From Sedimentisphaerales bacterium (GTDB lineage Bacteria; Planctomycetota; Phycisphaerae; Sedimentisphaerales; Anaerobacaceae), in contig OY970194.1 in the NCBI GenBank assembly GCA_963708075.1, forward strand, positions 6,496,001 to 6,560,000: DNA of 64,000 nt. The letters run 5' to 3'. Position numbers and translations under genes: made by a program. Under the pieces are notes generated by a model. The model was not told the DNA's origin. It saw nothing but the letters and a program-made list of their open reading frames with translations, and made no database searches. Of the stretch, positions 19,955 to 31,811 are shown in pieces (positions within the stretch are counted from its first letter, which is position 1; every line of letters begins with the position of its first letter).

Positions 19955-20623
19955 ATGAGCAAGTGTAAAGGAATAAATCGAAAAGGAAAAGGCTGTGGAA
20001 GTGATCGCATGCCTGGGTCTGAATACTGCGAGGCGCATCAGGACCAAGCGCCAAAGCGCGGAAGGACAGATAACCACAACACTATACAAGAAGAAAAGGC
20101 ACAGGTTCCGACCAAAGTCGGCAGAGTATCGCGTGTTATAAAGTTAGCATGTAGTCTAATTGGCCTCTTATCTGTCCTACTCAATTTCTGGCTAGGTTAT
20201 TATTTCATATTACCTAGGGTAACAGCGTCCATAGAAATGCCCAGCAACAGTAATTTCCCATTTGAATCGCACATAAGTATTGCGAATAACGGCAACTTTG
20301 CAATCACGAATGTTGTCTGCTCCTTGGAGGACAGCAAATTGAGTGCAAGTGTTAGTACTCCCCTTACAATGTATACACATGACCGCGAGGGCAAATTGGC
20401 TGGCAAGCGGGTTGTGCGATTTCCTGAGATAAAGGCAGGACATTCTGAACCATTGGAGCTTGCAAAGATGTTAGGCCTTGTAGGGAGTAGAGCTGACTCC
20501 GCATCCTTTTCACTGAAGATCAGTTATAAGCCTGCGTTTCTGTCTATAAAGACTCAGGTCTTTAGATTCAAGCTCTTCAAGACCGTAGATGGAAATTATA
20601 ATTGGCTTGAGTCAACAATCTAG
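19955..20623 (+). CDS. Low-GC hypothetical membrane protein with N-terminal Cys/His motif
   Basis: CKGINRKGKGC...YCEAH, then one TM helix and a beta-rich domain. Visibly AT-rich compared with the flanks. Confidence 0.75.
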   Translation: MSKCKGINRKGKGCGSDRMPGSEYCEAHQDQAPKRGRTDNHNTIQEEKAQVPTKVGRVSRVIKLACSLIGLLSVLLNFWLGYYFILPRVTASIEMPSNSNFPFESHISIANNGNFAITNVVCSLEDSKLSASVSTPLTMYTHDREGKLAGKRVVRFPEIKAGHSEPLELAKMLGLVGSRADSASFSLKISYKPAFLSIKTQVFRFKLFKTVDGNYNWLESTI

Positions 20624-21273
20624 TGCTCTTTCCAGTAGGGGAGAGCAAGATCAGGGGTCAACTCTTGACACTTGACAGCCCGCGTGGAATCGCGGGGCAT
20701 TCGAGGTCAACTCTCAGTGCTTGACCATCGGCATAGACGCGGGTGGGGTCTGAGTCACGGCCAGACCGATACGAGTGGAGTACGCGGATGCGGTGGACCC
20801 TCGAATCGAGAGGTTGTGGTGGAAAGCCACAACGGAATGAAATCCGAAACAAGCACGAATGCCTGAAGCCCGAAATTTGAAACGGGCATGTCGGCCTGCG
20901 GCCGCGTTTCCGTCATTCAGATTTGGGTCGTTAGGGTTTGTTTCGGATTTCGCGCTTCGTGCTTTCTGCCGTCGCGTTCCTTGCTTCAGATTTCTCCGGC
21001 GATTACCTGACGGGCGGGACAATTCTCGAATAATTTTTGCCGGGGGACATCGTATTTGGCGGGGGGGATTTTATGGGGCGATTGATGCAGGTGCGGACGG
21101 GCGGCGGGGGAGGGGACTACAGGTTGTGGGTTGAGGCGGGGGCGGGGTTGTCTATTGGGGGTTGGGTTATGGGGCATTGGGGGCGGCGGCGTCGCGACAT
21201 TAAAGTGGCGACTGTTTTCTGCCGATATGGCGGCAAGTCTGGGGTGAAGATTTAGAGTCACTAGGAAGGACGC

Positions 21274-21429
21274 ATGAGCATGGATAAGAAGGAACTGATC
21301 GACCGGATCTGCGAAATCAACAAGAGCGCCAAGCCCGAATTCCTTGCCAAGTTTTCCGAGCAGGAGTTGAACGCCTATCTGGAGCATTTGGCGGGGGCGG
21401 ATCTGGCCACGGCGAGCGTTTCCGGCTGA
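21274..21429 (+). CDS. Small hypothetical protein (51 aa, not in the ORF track)
   Basis: AGGAAGG RBS; MSMDKKELIDRICEINKSAKPEFLAKFSEQELNAYLEHL... with host-like codons and an amphipathic helical pattern. Confidence 0.7.
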   Translation: MSMDKKELIDRICEINKSAKPEFLAKFSEQELNAYLEHLAGADLATASVSG

Positions 21430-21583
21430 CAACCACTCGCCGCGGTCGCGCTGTCCCATGCCCGGCGGCGCAACCTGTCACGACGTCTGTCTTCGGCGCA
21501 GGCGATCCGTTGAAGTCGCGGCATGCACGACGACAGGCACTCACCTCGGAGGGGGGCCCGCCAGGGGAGAGCACGTCACAAGG

Positions 21584-22813
21584 TCACTCTTCGCCCAGGG
21601 AAGTGCCCGACAAACCCTCCACTCGCTCCTTCGTCCTGTCTCTGCCCTTCTTGCCGTTCTTGCCATTTGGCGAAGGCGAAGGTGAGCCCGGTGCGGGCTC
21701 GGGGGCGGGGGCCTGCGGCGACGCAGCCGCCTCGGAGGAACCGGATGAGCCGAATGGCACCACGTCCAGCGCCTCTTCTCGCGAGGCCGGCGTGGGGACC
21801 TGCACGACGTCGTTGCTTTTGAACTGCAGCAGCAGCGGCGTCAGGCTGCCCGGCACCGCGAAGGCGAGATCCATCTTCACGGCGTCGCCGGTGGTGCTTT
21901 CTGCCGTGATGATTTCGCCGAGTGGCTTTCGCTCCAGTCGGCCCTTGCCACCTATGTATCCGAGGGGATAGACGGCCTGGCCTGCCCCGGTCAGCAGCGA
22001 CTTGCCGGCGTTCCTTGCTCCGCAGACCAGCCGAAGCTGCGAGAGCGTGAACTTGCCGGCGTCCCTCAAGCCGCGAGACGCCAACTCGACGCGAACGAGC
22101 ATCAGGTTCTCTCCCCCTGAAATCGAGATCGGTTTGCCCTCGGCGTCCCGCAGGCTGTCCGGCGCCTGTCGGACCCCGCCCTTAGGCACGTCGATTGTCG
22201 TCATGCTCGTCATGAGCGGGACCTTCTCGTTGATCTTGTGACGGTTCAGGTAGAGCTGATCCACATAGCCGGCGTGCAGAACGGCAAAACTCTTCGGCTC
22301 GCCGATCGCGCTGAAACTGCCCCCGCTGACGGTGGCGAACAAGCTCGTGACAAAACCGTCCGGGCTGAGGACCGGTTTGCTCGGCCGGGACGGGTTCGGA
22401 TTGCGTGTGTCGAATCGCGGGTACGGGTACTGGCTGGGCAGGGGGGCCATGGACGCCGCCACGAGCACGTAGCCCGTGATCAGGTAGCCGAGAACCACGC
22501 CGCACACCGGACGGCCGATCTGCTCGGGCAGCTTGCCGAGATCGGTCTTGCCCTTGATGAGCTGCATCGCCCCCGTCTGAAGAAGTGCGAACGCCAGGAT
22601 GAGCAGCAGCGCGAAACAGATCAGCGGCGCCCACACGGCAATGCCCGGCGAATACTTGATCAGCAGGCGGGACAGGATCTCGAAGAAGCCGAACGCGACA
22701 AAGCCCGCGATGACCGCGTTGAAGACCATCGTGATGCCGTGCACCAGCGTTCCCTTGAGAAAGAGGAAGACGGCGCATCCGGCCATAATGGCGAGCATGA
22801 CTAAAGGAACCAT
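21584..22813 (-). CDS. CvpA-like membrane protein with C-terminal soluble domain
   Basis: Four N-terminal TM helices in a CvpA-like arrangement; downstream of the pilus ATPases. Confidence 0.6.
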   Translation of the reverse strand: MVPLVMLAIMAGCAVFLFLKGTLVHGITMVFNAVIAGFVAFGFFEILSRLLIKYSPGIAVWAPLICFALLLILAFALLQTGAMQLIKGKTDLGKLPEQIGRPVCGVVLGYLITGYVLVAASMAPLPSQYPYPRFDTRNPNPSRPSKPVLSPDGFVTSLFATVSGGSFSAIGEPKSFAVLHAGYVDQLYLNRHKINEKVPLMTSMTTIDVPKGGVRQAPDSLRDAEGKPISISGGENLMLVRVELASRGLRDAGKFTLSQLRLVCGARNAGKSLLTGAGQAVYPLGYIGGKGRLERKPLGEIITAESTTGDAVKMDLAFAVPGSLTPLLLQFKSNDVVQVPTPASREEALDVVPFGSSGSSEAAASPQAPAPEPAPGSPSPSPNGKNGKKGRDRTKERVEGLSGTSLGEE

Positions 22814-22941
22814 TGCATTTCTCTCCGAAATATATCCTTTTCCCGAAATCCTCAGCAGGGGAAGGTGTGCGATGCACACCCTACGCATATTGCGCGCCAC
22901 GTTGGGGCCTGTAGGGTGTGCAATGCACGCCGTTCATCTTC

Positions 22942-24594
22942 TTACTGGGACGCCTCAGCGGCCTCTTTCTTGCCTGCGGCCAGCACGCGGAGCATCTCGT
23001 TGATGGCGGTGGTGCCGGCGATGACCTTTCGCAGCGACTGCTCCTGCAGGTAGAGCATCTTGGCCCGGCGGAATTGCATGCCCAGCTCCGGCAGTTGCTT
23101 GACCTGCCGGACGGCCTTGCGCAGCTCGTCGGTCAGGACGATCATCTCGAAGACCCCGGTCCGCCCGACAAATCCGGTGCCCTGGCAGTTCTGGCACATC
23201 GAGGGCTTGCCCCGCTTGTCGAAGATCTCTTTGCCGGGGCGGTACAGGACTTTGGCCTTCTCCGCGGGCAGATTGAATTTCTTAAGCAGCTCGGCGTTCG
23301 GGGCGTATCCCTGCTTGCACTCGTCGCAGAGCTTGCGAAGCATCCGCTGGTTGCTGATCCCGACGAGCGTCTCCGCCACCAGCTTCCTGTCGCCGACCAT
23401 CTTGAGCCACTTGCCCAGCGCCTGCAGGACGCTGTCGGCGTTCATCACGATGTAGACGATCTTGCCGTCCTTGGCGGCGGCGCTGGCAACCTTGGCGGTC
23501 TCGTCATCCTCGCACTCGCCGATGCCGACGATGTCCGGCCCCATGCGAACGATGGTCTGCAATCTCTTGGCGTAGGTGGTGGTGCCCGTGTCGGTGAGCG
23601 AGTACACGACCTGCGTGACGTTGAGCAGCTTGGACGAGGGCACCTTCTCGATGGTGTTGATGTTGTTCATGAACGCGTCGTGGTTTCGCACGAGGGCGTA
23701 CATGGTGGTGGTGATGCCGCTTTTCTTGGGCCCGGTGATGAGGAACAGGCCCTTGCCTTCCTGCCGCAACCGCTCGAGCGGCTCCACTTGATCCGGGCCC
23801 ATGCCGAGGTCGGGCAACCGCATCGACTCGCTCTTGGTGACATGTTTGAGCCGGACCTGCTCGCCGGCCGTCGAGCCCGCCGTCTGAATCTCCCAGTCGG
23901 TGTTCTCCTTGCTCTGACGCGTGCGGAACTTGCCCTTCTGGGGCTTGCGCTTCTCCTTCACGTCGAGTGCGGCCAGCTCTTTCATGAAATGGATGAGAAA
24001 GTCCATTTGCTCGCGCTGGATCGCCGGCTGCTTGGCCGGCGCGCCGTCGATGCTGTACGTCACCTCGTAGCTCTCGCTCTTGGGGGCGAACATGATCGTG
24101 TCGGCCCGGCGCCACTTGGCGTCGCTGAGGACCTCATACGCCGTCCGGTAGCCGAAGAACGTGGGCGTCCGGGGCTCGGGCAGCGGGACCTCGTTGTTGT
24201 TGGTCGTGATGAACATGAAGCCCTGCATCGCCTCGAGCTTGTCCGACGTGCTGAAGAGGCTCTTGGCGTGCTCGACCGTGAGTACGCGATCGAAGTCCAG
24301 GACGCGCGCGTTGCGATGCTTGACGTAGGCCAGGGCGGTTGCGCCCCCGATGACGATGAAGGCCAGTAATCCGACGGGGAAGATGGGGATCAGCCACCAG
24401 AGCAGGATGCCGGCGGCGCCCGTCCCCAGCAGCAGTCCCATCCACGGTCCGATTTTGGTTTCTACGGCCTTGGCGTCCTTGTACGCCCAGCCGATCAGCA
24501 GGAGCCACAGGAGATACATGACGAGAAACACGACCAGCTTCACGGCCGAGATGTAGCCGCCATACTCGATGGCCATCAACAGGAAGTCCGGCAT
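22942..24594 (-). CDS. GspE/PilB-family ATPase-like protein with N-terminal TM helices and degenerate Walker A
   Basis: YSIDG, EKRKPQKG, GPKKSGITTT, MGPDIVGIGE, QRMLRKLC..C, C..CQGTGFVGRTGVFE. Confidence 0.88.
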   Translation of the reverse strand: MPDFLLMAIEYGGYISAVKLVVFLVMYLLWLLLIGWAYKDAKAVETKIGPWMGLLLGTGAAGILLWWLIPIFPVGLLAFIVIGGATALAYVKHRNARVLDFDRVLTVEHAKSLFSTSDKLEAMQGFMFITTNNNEVPLPEPRTPTFFGYRTAYEVLSDAKWRRADTIMFAPKSESYEVTYSIDGAPAKQPAIQREQMDFLIHFMKELAALDVKEKRKPQKGKFRTRQSKENTDWEIQTAGSTAGEQVRLKHVTKSESMRLPDLGMGPDQVEPLERLRQEGKGLFLITGPKKSGITTTMYALVRNHDAFMNNINTIEKVPSSKLLNVTQVVYSLTDTGTTTYAKRLQTIVRMGPDIVGIGECEDDETAKVASAAAKDGKIVYIVMNADSVLQALGKWLKMVGDRKLVAETLVGISNQRMLRKLCDECKQGYAPNAELLKKFNLPAEKAKVLYRPGKEIFDKRGKPSMCQNCQGTGFVGRTGVFEMIVLTDELRKAVRQVKQLPELGMQFRRAKMLYLQEQSLRKVIAGTTAINEMLRVLAAGKKEAAEASQ

Positions 24595-24656
24595 TTACTG
24601 CTCCGTTATCAAAGCTATGCTATTGTGACGCACGGCGGGCACGCTCTCGACAGGCA

Positions 24657-25790
24657 TCAGAGGATTCCTTCGGCGGTGGTGCGAATGCCCTTGAGCGCCA
24701 TCTTGAGTTCGTCCGAGTTCGGGGCGTGCTTGTAAGCGTCTTTCGGATCGATCCACCCCTCCTGGACGAGCCTGCAGAGGTTCTCGGTGAGGTCCAGCAT
24801 GCCATCGCGTTGCGAGCCGCGGATGACGCTGGGCAGGTCGGCCTCGCGGCCCTCGGAGATGAGCTTTCGCACGCCGGGGCTGGCCAGCAGAACCTCCACC
24901 GCCGGAATGCGGTCGATCTCGTCCCTGATCGAGGGCAGCAGGGCCTGACTGATGATGGCGCGGATAGAGATCGCCAGGGCTTGGCGGACCAGCTCGCGCT
25001 CGTTCTGGGGAAACAGGTCGAGCAGGCGGTGGACGGCCTGGGAGGCATTGGACGAGTGCATGGTCCCCATGACCATGTGCCCGGTCTCCGCCGCCCGCAT
25101 GCCGGCTGTTACAGTCTTGGAATCGCGCATCTCCCCGACGAACACGACGTCCGGGTCCTGGCGCATCAGGAACGTCAGGGCGTCCTCGAAGGTGGGCACG
25201 TCGATCCCGATCTCTCGTTGCGAGACGATCGCCTTGTTGTCCTTGAACAGATACTCGATGGGGTCTTCAATGGTCACGATATGGCAGGATCGGGTCCGGG
25301 TGATGTAGTCCAGCATGGACGCGATGGTCGTCGTCTTGCCGCAGCCCGTGGGGCCGACGACGAGCACCAGGCCCTGGCGGGACTCGGCGATCTTTTCCAC
25401 GATAAGTGGCAGGTGCAGGCTCTCGAACGACGGGACGTAGGTACTGACCCGCCGGGCCACGAGACTGACGACGCCCCGCTGGCGGAAGACGTTGATTCGA
25501 AAGCGGTTCTCCCCGCCGACCTCGTGGGCAAAATCCAGAGTCCCATTTTTCTGGAAGAACTCCCTCTGGGCCGGGCTCATGATTTCGAAGACCAGCTCTT
25601 CCATTCGCTCAGCGGTCAGAACCTCACCCGTGGTGTTTTTCAATTCGCCGTACAGCCGCAGCTTGGGCGGTTGGCCGACCTTCAAATGAATGTCATTTGC
25701 CTGCGTCTTGATCGCGACCCTGAAGTACTTGTCCAACTGGGGCTCGCCCTCAAGGGCCTTGCGGGCATCGAGAGGTTGTTCAGGGGTCAT
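24657..25790 (-). CDS. pilT: PilT/PilU-family type IV pilus retraction ATPase
   Basis: NDIHLKVG, RFRINVF, GPTGCGKTTT, TIEDPIE, RQDPDVVFVGEMRD, AAETGH..GTMH. Confidence 0.92.
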   Translation of the reverse strand: MTPEQPLDARKALEGEPQLDKYFRVAIKTQANDIHLKVGQPPKLRLYGELKNTTGEVLTAERMEELVFEIMSPAQREFFQKNGTLDFAHEVGGENRFRINVFRQRGVVSLVARRVSTYVPSFESLHLPLIVEKIAESRQGLVLVVGPTGCGKTTTIASMLDYITRTRSCHIVTIEDPIEYLFKDNKAIVSQREIGIDVPTFEDALTFLMRQDPDVVFVGEMRDSKTVTAGMRAAETGHMVMGTMHSSNASQAVHRLLDLFPQNERELVRQALAISIRAIISQALLPSIRDEIDRIPAVEVLLASPGVRKLISEGREADLPSVIRGSQRDGMLDLTENLCRLVQEGWIDPKDAYKHAPNSDELKMALKGIRTTAEGIL

Positions 25791-25908
25791 ACTCCCACCA
25801 ACTCCAAAAACGAAAAGATCAGCCCTGCATGCCGGCATGCCTTTCGCCGGCTCGTTTGTGACCGACCATTCAGCGGTAAGATTTGCAGAAACAAACCTTT
25901 ATATCACC

Positions 25909-25937
25909 ATGATACCGGCGTGTCGGGCTATTGTCAA
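25909..25937 (-). promoter_or_regulatory. sigma70-like promoter of the pilT cluster
   Basis: TTGACA-17 bp-TATCAT. Confidence 0.65.
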
Positions 25938-26146
25938 GCTCGATACTTTGTCCGGCGGCGGGAATCTCCGCCTGTCTTAACACCGCGCCATGCGGATCTC
26001 TGTGTCCCTTCGCCGACAAGGTAATGCCCTATAATATTCCTTGCCGCCGAGCCTTTCAACTCTTTTGCTTTAGTTTCGACGTTCACCTATAATAGTCCCT
26101 GATTGAGCCCTGTGCGTTACACGTGATCCATTCCGCACAGCGAATC

Positions 26147-26926
26147 ATGGGGAAATCTATGTCTATGGCACACGGCCTGTTTTATAACCTGGGCAGGAAA
26201 CTGGGGCCGAAGGTCCGCAAGGTCCGGTGGATGTGGGAGTCCCTGGCCGGCACGGAGGCGGACGCCATCCGGCTGGAGCATGGGGTAGGGCTGGACCTGG
26301 CGCACGAAGCCGAGCTCCAGCTTACGATGGATCCGGACTCGAAGGCGGCCGAAACGCTGCAGGAGATTGGCGGCCGGCTTTCTGCTTGTGTGGCAAACCG
26401 GCTCAGGTTGTTCCGATTCGACGCCTTCCAAGGGGGGCAACCCAATGCGTTCGCTCTGCCCGGGGGGTTCATCTTTGTCGGCCGGCCCATCCTCGAGCTA
26501 TGCCGGTGGGACAAGGATCAGATTGCCTTTGTCCTGGCCCATGAGATGGCCCACGTCATCCGCCGTCATGCCATCGAGCGCATCGTGACCAACTCGGCGG
26601 TCTCCATGGCGGCTCGCGCAGCTCCAGTCAGCGGAGCCCTCGGTCCCTGGCTGCGCAATGTTGGCCTGCGCTTCCTCGAAACCGCCTATTCGCGCGACCA
26701 GGAGCTGGAGGCCGATAAACTGGGCGTGCGGCTCGTAATGGCCGCGGGCTACAAGCCCGATGCCTCCGCCGAGCTGTTTTCACGCCTGGCGGAGCTGAGC
26801 AAGTCGTCTGATCCTGCGGCCCTGGGGGAGTATTTCTCCACGCATCCGAGCGCGGAGGTCCGCATCCGGAGCATCCGCCGGTACCTGCAACACCGCCCGG
26901 ATGGGCCTGCGGAGCGAAGAGCGTAG
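26147..26926 (+). CDS. M48-family zinc metallopeptidase (start uncertain)
   Basis: PNAFALPGG, AHEMAHV, YSRDQELEAD, YFSTHP. Confidence 0.92.
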   Translation: MGKSMSMAHGLFYNLGRKLGPKVRKVRWMWESLAGTEADAIRLEHGVGLDLAHEAELQLTMDPDSKAAETLQEIGGRLSACVANRLRLFRFDAFQGGQPNAFALPGGFIFVGRPILELCRWDKDQIAFVLAHEMAHVIRRHAIERIVTNSAVSMAARAAPVSGALGPWLRNVGLRFLETAYSRDQELEADKLGVRLVMAAGYKPDASAELFSRLAELSKSSDPAALGEYFSTHPSAEVRIRSIRRYLQHRPDGPAERRA

Positions 26927-27272
26927 CGATGGACTTAGTGGACTGTGTGGACGGAGTGGACGAGGTGGACGCTTCGCCGGCTTCGCGCCGTCCACTGCGT
27001 CCGCATCGTCCATAACGGACACGTCGTCCATTTGCGGCGACGCAGTGCGATCCCGTGTCCCTTGCCTGTCTGATGCTCGATGGCCGCACAATTTCCTCGA
27101 TTTAGAGCCTGCCATCTGCTATACTAAGGATGGGTGTAGCTTGCGAGGAGGACCGGAAATCGGCAGGGGGCCCAGTCCGGGTCTCCGGCGCTCTGCATCG
27201 CTCCTCGGCATGGATGGAGGGCCGGGAAGGACCGACCCGTCAACATAGGACAACCTGGAGTTGCAGACCGCG

Positions 27273-30200
27273 ATGAAAAGAGCAAGGCCGTCGTCTGTTG
27301 TCACCATCTTCTTATATGCATGCCTTACGTCCCTGGCCATTTCGCCCCCGGTCCTGAGTGATGAGCCGGTCGCAGAGCAGCCGCTGCTTCGCATCAATGA
27401 GGTCATGGCCTCCAACGCCACGAGCCTGGCCGACCCACAGGGACAGTTCGACGACTGGCTCGAAATCTACAACGCCGGGGACGTGGCCGTGGACCTGGCA
27501 GGCATGTGGCTGACCGATGACCCGGCCGAGCCGACCCAGTGGAAGTTCCCCGCCAAGGCCGCGGTCGTGGCTCCCAAGGGTTATCTGGTTGTCTGGGCCG
27601 ATGGGGATGTCGGTGACACCGGTCTTCATGCGTCCTTCCGGCTGAGTGCCCCCGGAGAGCAGGTGTGTCTCTTCGCGGCGGACGGCCGGACCCTGATCGA
27701 CAGCCTCACCTTTGGCGAGCAGACGGCGGACATCTCTTACGGCCGATTCCCGGATGCGAACGATGCGCTGCTGTTCTTCTCAGAACCGACGCCCGGCAAG
27801 GCGAACAAGGAGGCTTACCTGGGCGAGGTGGCCCCGCTGGCGTTCAGCCACGAGCACGGCTTCTACACCGCCCCCTTCGATCTGACGATCACAACAGATA
27901 CAGCGGATGCACAGATCATGTACACGACCGACGGGAGAGATCCGGACGACATGAGCTACCGGTTCCGGCCCGGTCGCCCGTACACGGGGCCGCTGCGAAT
28001 CAGCAAAACCACGTGCCTCCGCGTCGCAGCCATCAAGCCGGGCTGGAAATCGACCCGGCTCTGTACCCAGACTTACGTCTTCGACACCCGCGCACAAGTG
28101 ATGTCTCTGCCCATGGTCTCCCTCGTCGGTGATGCGGCCAAGACCTTCTACGAACCGAGCGGTGTCATGGCCATCGTCGGCGGTGCGTACAGCGGCGGCG
28201 TCTGGACGTCTGCTGGCGTCGGCAGCTATAACAACATGCTGAATCGCGAGTTGGAATGTCCGGTTTCCGCCGAGTGGATTCTCCCCGATAACAGCGAAGG
28301 CTTTCAGATGAACTGCGGGCTGCGCGTGCACGGCAGCGACTACACGCGTCCTCGCTACGTGCGCCAGAATGGCTATTGGTCGACGTATACGGGCAAGATC
28401 GGCCTGCGCCTGTACTTCCGGGGTGAATATGACGAAAAGCGGCTCGAGTACCCGCTGTTCCCGTCGTCCAATGCCCAGGAGTACGCCACAGTTCTCCTCC
28501 GCGCCGGGCACAATGACCCGTACAATCCGTTCGTCAAGGACGAGCTGCTTCGCCGATTGAACAGGGATATGGGGCAGGTCTCCTGCGCCGGCACGTTCGC
28601 CAACCTCTTCATCAACGGCGAATACAAGGGTTACTACAATCCCACGGAACAGGTCACCGAGGAGTCCTGCCAGCAATGGTTCGACAGCGACCAGCCGTGG
28701 GATGTGATGACCATGAGCGGCGTCCGCGACGGCGACTCCATCTCGTGGAATGAAATGCTCAACTACGCCCGCAATCACAACCTGGCGGACCCCGTCTTCT
28801 ATGCCGAGATGTGCAAGAGACTGGATGTGGTGTGTTTCATCGATTACCTGATCATCCGCTTGTGGCCGAATGACTGGGACTGGCCTCAGAACAACTGGTC
28901 GGCCGCCTGCGAGCGATCTCCGACAGGGCAGTGGAAGTTCTTCCTCTGGGACGCCGAGGGCACCTTCGAGCGCAACCAGGAAGTACTCGACAGATTCGGC
29001 GAGTTGAACAGCCAGGGGAGTGCGAACAGCGTGGTCTATCGTGCGCTGAAGGCGAACAAAGACTTCCGCATGCTCTTCGCGGATCGTCTCTACAGGCATT
29101 TCTACAACGGCGGCGCGCTGACAGTAGGGAACGTCCAGCGGCGATTCTACGAAATGCGGGATCAACTGCGTGGCGTCATCCCCTCCATGGACACGTACAT
29201 TCCCGCCACCTGGGTGCCCGCGCGCAGCCGATCTTCATCAACGCCTGCACGCGCGAGGGCGTGTACACCTTCGACGGCCCGCAATTTACGGTCAATAGCG
29301 TCCCTCAGCATGGAGGCCACATTGCCGCCACCGACTCCGTGGGGATGCTGCCCGGCCGGCAGGGTACGATCTATTACACGCTGGACGGCTCGGAACCCTC
29401 GCAGACCACGCCGCCGCAGCCTGTCGGCACGACCCTTGTCACCGCGGGTGCGCCGAAACGCGTACTTGTCCCCTCAAGGACGAACATCGGCGACTGGCGG
29501 GGGGCCAGACCCTTCGACGACTCGGCCTGGATCGCCTCCTCCGGCGGCATCGGCTACGAGCGCGGCATAGGCTACCAGGGCTACATCGGCACAGACGTCG
29601 GCGCGCAGATGTACACGATCAACTCCTCCTGCTACATCCGCATCCCTTTCACGTTCAACGGGGACAAGAGCACGCTCACACTGATGACGCTCAAGATGCG
29701 GTATGACGATGGTTTCGTCGCGCACCTCAACGGCATGGAAGTGGCGAGGAAGAACTTCGAGGGCAATCCCGCCTGGAGTTCCGCCGCTGTGACGGATCGG
29801 CCTGATGCGGACGCTCTCGCCTTCGAGGCGATCGACATCTCACAGCACATCGGCCTGTTGCAGCCGGGCGCCAATATGCTTGCCATCCACGGGCTCAATA
29901 TCTCACCGGCTGATTCGGATTTCCTCATCGCCGCGGAGCTGTTCGTCAGTTCCAGCGCCACCGGCGACACACCCGCCGGCCCGTCGACGCTCACGAGTCC
30001 GATTCGCCTGACGCGCAGCACGCTGGTCAAGGCCCGGGTCCGTGCCGGCGCGACCTGGAGCGCGCTGGCGGAGACCACGTTTGCGGTCGGGCCGGTGGCC
30101 GAGAGCCTCCGGATCAGCGAGATCATGTATAATCCCGCCGATCCCAATACTGAGTACATCGAGCTGACGAACATCGGCGGCGAGACAATCGACTTGAGCC

Positions 30201-31591
30201 TGGTCCGATTCACCGACGGCGTCAGCTTCGAGTTCCCCGCCTATGAGCTCGCTCCCGGCGGCCGCTGCCTGGTCGTCCAGGATGCGGCTGCGTTTGCAGC
30301 CAGGTACGGCGAGGGCCTGCCATGTGTGGGGCGGTACGAGGGGAGTCTCAACAATGCCGGCGAACGCATCGGGTTGCAGGACGCCGCCGGGATGTTCGTC
30401 CAGGCCTTCGAATACCGTGATGACTGGTATGACATGACCGACGGCGGGGGCTACTCCCTGACCGTGGGCGATCCTGCCGCGGCTGATCCGAATGCTCTGG
30501 CCGATGCGAGCGCGTGGCGGCCGAGCGCCCGCCCTGGCGGATCACCCGGGACTGACGACGGCGCCGGCGTCGTGGAGCCGGGCGGCGTCATAATCAATGA
30601 GTTGCTGGCCAATGCCTCGCGCGGGAGCTCCGACTGGATCGAGCTGTATAACCCGACCGACCGGCCGGTGGACGTCGGCGGCTGGTATCTCAGTGACAAC
30701 GCCGACAATCCCGCCAGGTATGAGATCGCCTCCGGCACGGTCGTCGAGCCGAACGGCTACCTGGTTCTCACAGAGGACGGGCAGTTTGGCAACGCCGCCG
30801 ATCCGGGTTGTCACACGCCGTTTGCCCTCAGTCAGAACGGCGAGACGCTGTATGTGTATTCGGCCTCGCAGGGGGCCTTGACCGGCTACAGCGACAAGGT
30901 GGAGTTCGGCGCTTCCGAGCCCGGCGTCGCATTCGGCCGTTATCTCCTGAGCACAGGTGTTTCGGACTTCCCGGCTCTGCTCGAACCCACTCCCGGCGAG
31001 GCCAATGCCGGCCCGCAGGTCGGGCCCATCGTGATCAGCGAGATCATGTATCATCCTGATAATCCTGGTGAGGCCGAGTACGTCGAGCTGTTCAACGCCG
31101 GTGACACGGACGTGACGCTGTATGACGTTACTGCCGCCTCGCCGTGGCGATTTGCGGGTGACGTGGCTAATCCCGGCATCGAGGTGCTCTTCCCGAGCGA
31201 CCCGCCGATCACCCTTGCGCCGGGCGGATATCTGCTCCTTGTCGCGGACCGGCTGGCTTGTGAGGCGCGGTATGCCATCGCGGCGGATGTTCCTGTTCTG
31301 GAATGGGGCTCGGGCAAGCTCAATGACGCGGGCGATACAATCACACTCAGCCGGCCGGGCCAGACGGATGATGAGGGGACTCGCCACTGGATCTGTGTGG
31401 ACCGCGTCTCCTTCAGTGACGGCGCCCATCCGGAGAGCTTCCCGAGCGGGGTCGATCTGTGGCCTGTCGAAGCCGGCGGCCAAGGCTCGTCCTTGACGCG
31501 CATCTCTTCCGGCCGTTACGGCAACGACCCGAATAATTGGCAAGGGGCGCTCCCATCCCCCGGCACTGCCAAACGCCGCGCCGGTCGGTGA
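27273..31591 (+). CDS. Large secreted lamin-tail-domain / CotH-kinase protein (one-base frameshift near 29225)
   Basis: RINEVMASN...DDWLEIYN LTDs, CotH motifs (NGEYKGYY, DWPQNN, WDAE), IYYTLDGSEP. The two ORFs join as ...WVPAR-QPIFINA.... Confidence 0.85.
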
Positions 31592-31805
31592 CATCTCTCC
31601 TGGTCTTGCCGGACATGTAGCAGAGGCATGAGTCCGGGCGATTCACCTCCGCCTGAAATGATCGGTACTGATCTCTCACATCTTCAGGAACAGGTCTCAA
31701 GGTGGCCGCGAGCGAACCCACCTGAGATCCGCTTGTCGGCAAAAACGGCCGTGAAGCGGAGGTCACGTCACCACGGAGCCCGTCAACGCTCTCGCTCACA
31801 CGGCG
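31587..31805 (-). ncRNA. Candidate free-standing structured RNA (~220 nt; 6S-like or unknown)
   Basis: Upstream promoter; nested long-range stems 31765-31772/31587-31594 and 31754-31763/31645-31654; internal hairpin 31695-31727. No credible ORF. Confidence 0.45.
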
Positions 31806-31811
31806 AATGGC

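Noticed and set aside
29215..29232. Frameshift in the CotH/LTD gene as part of the GAGAACC pattern
   Set aside because: It is a one-base loss in a GCGCGC context, without the motif; probably an unrelated error.
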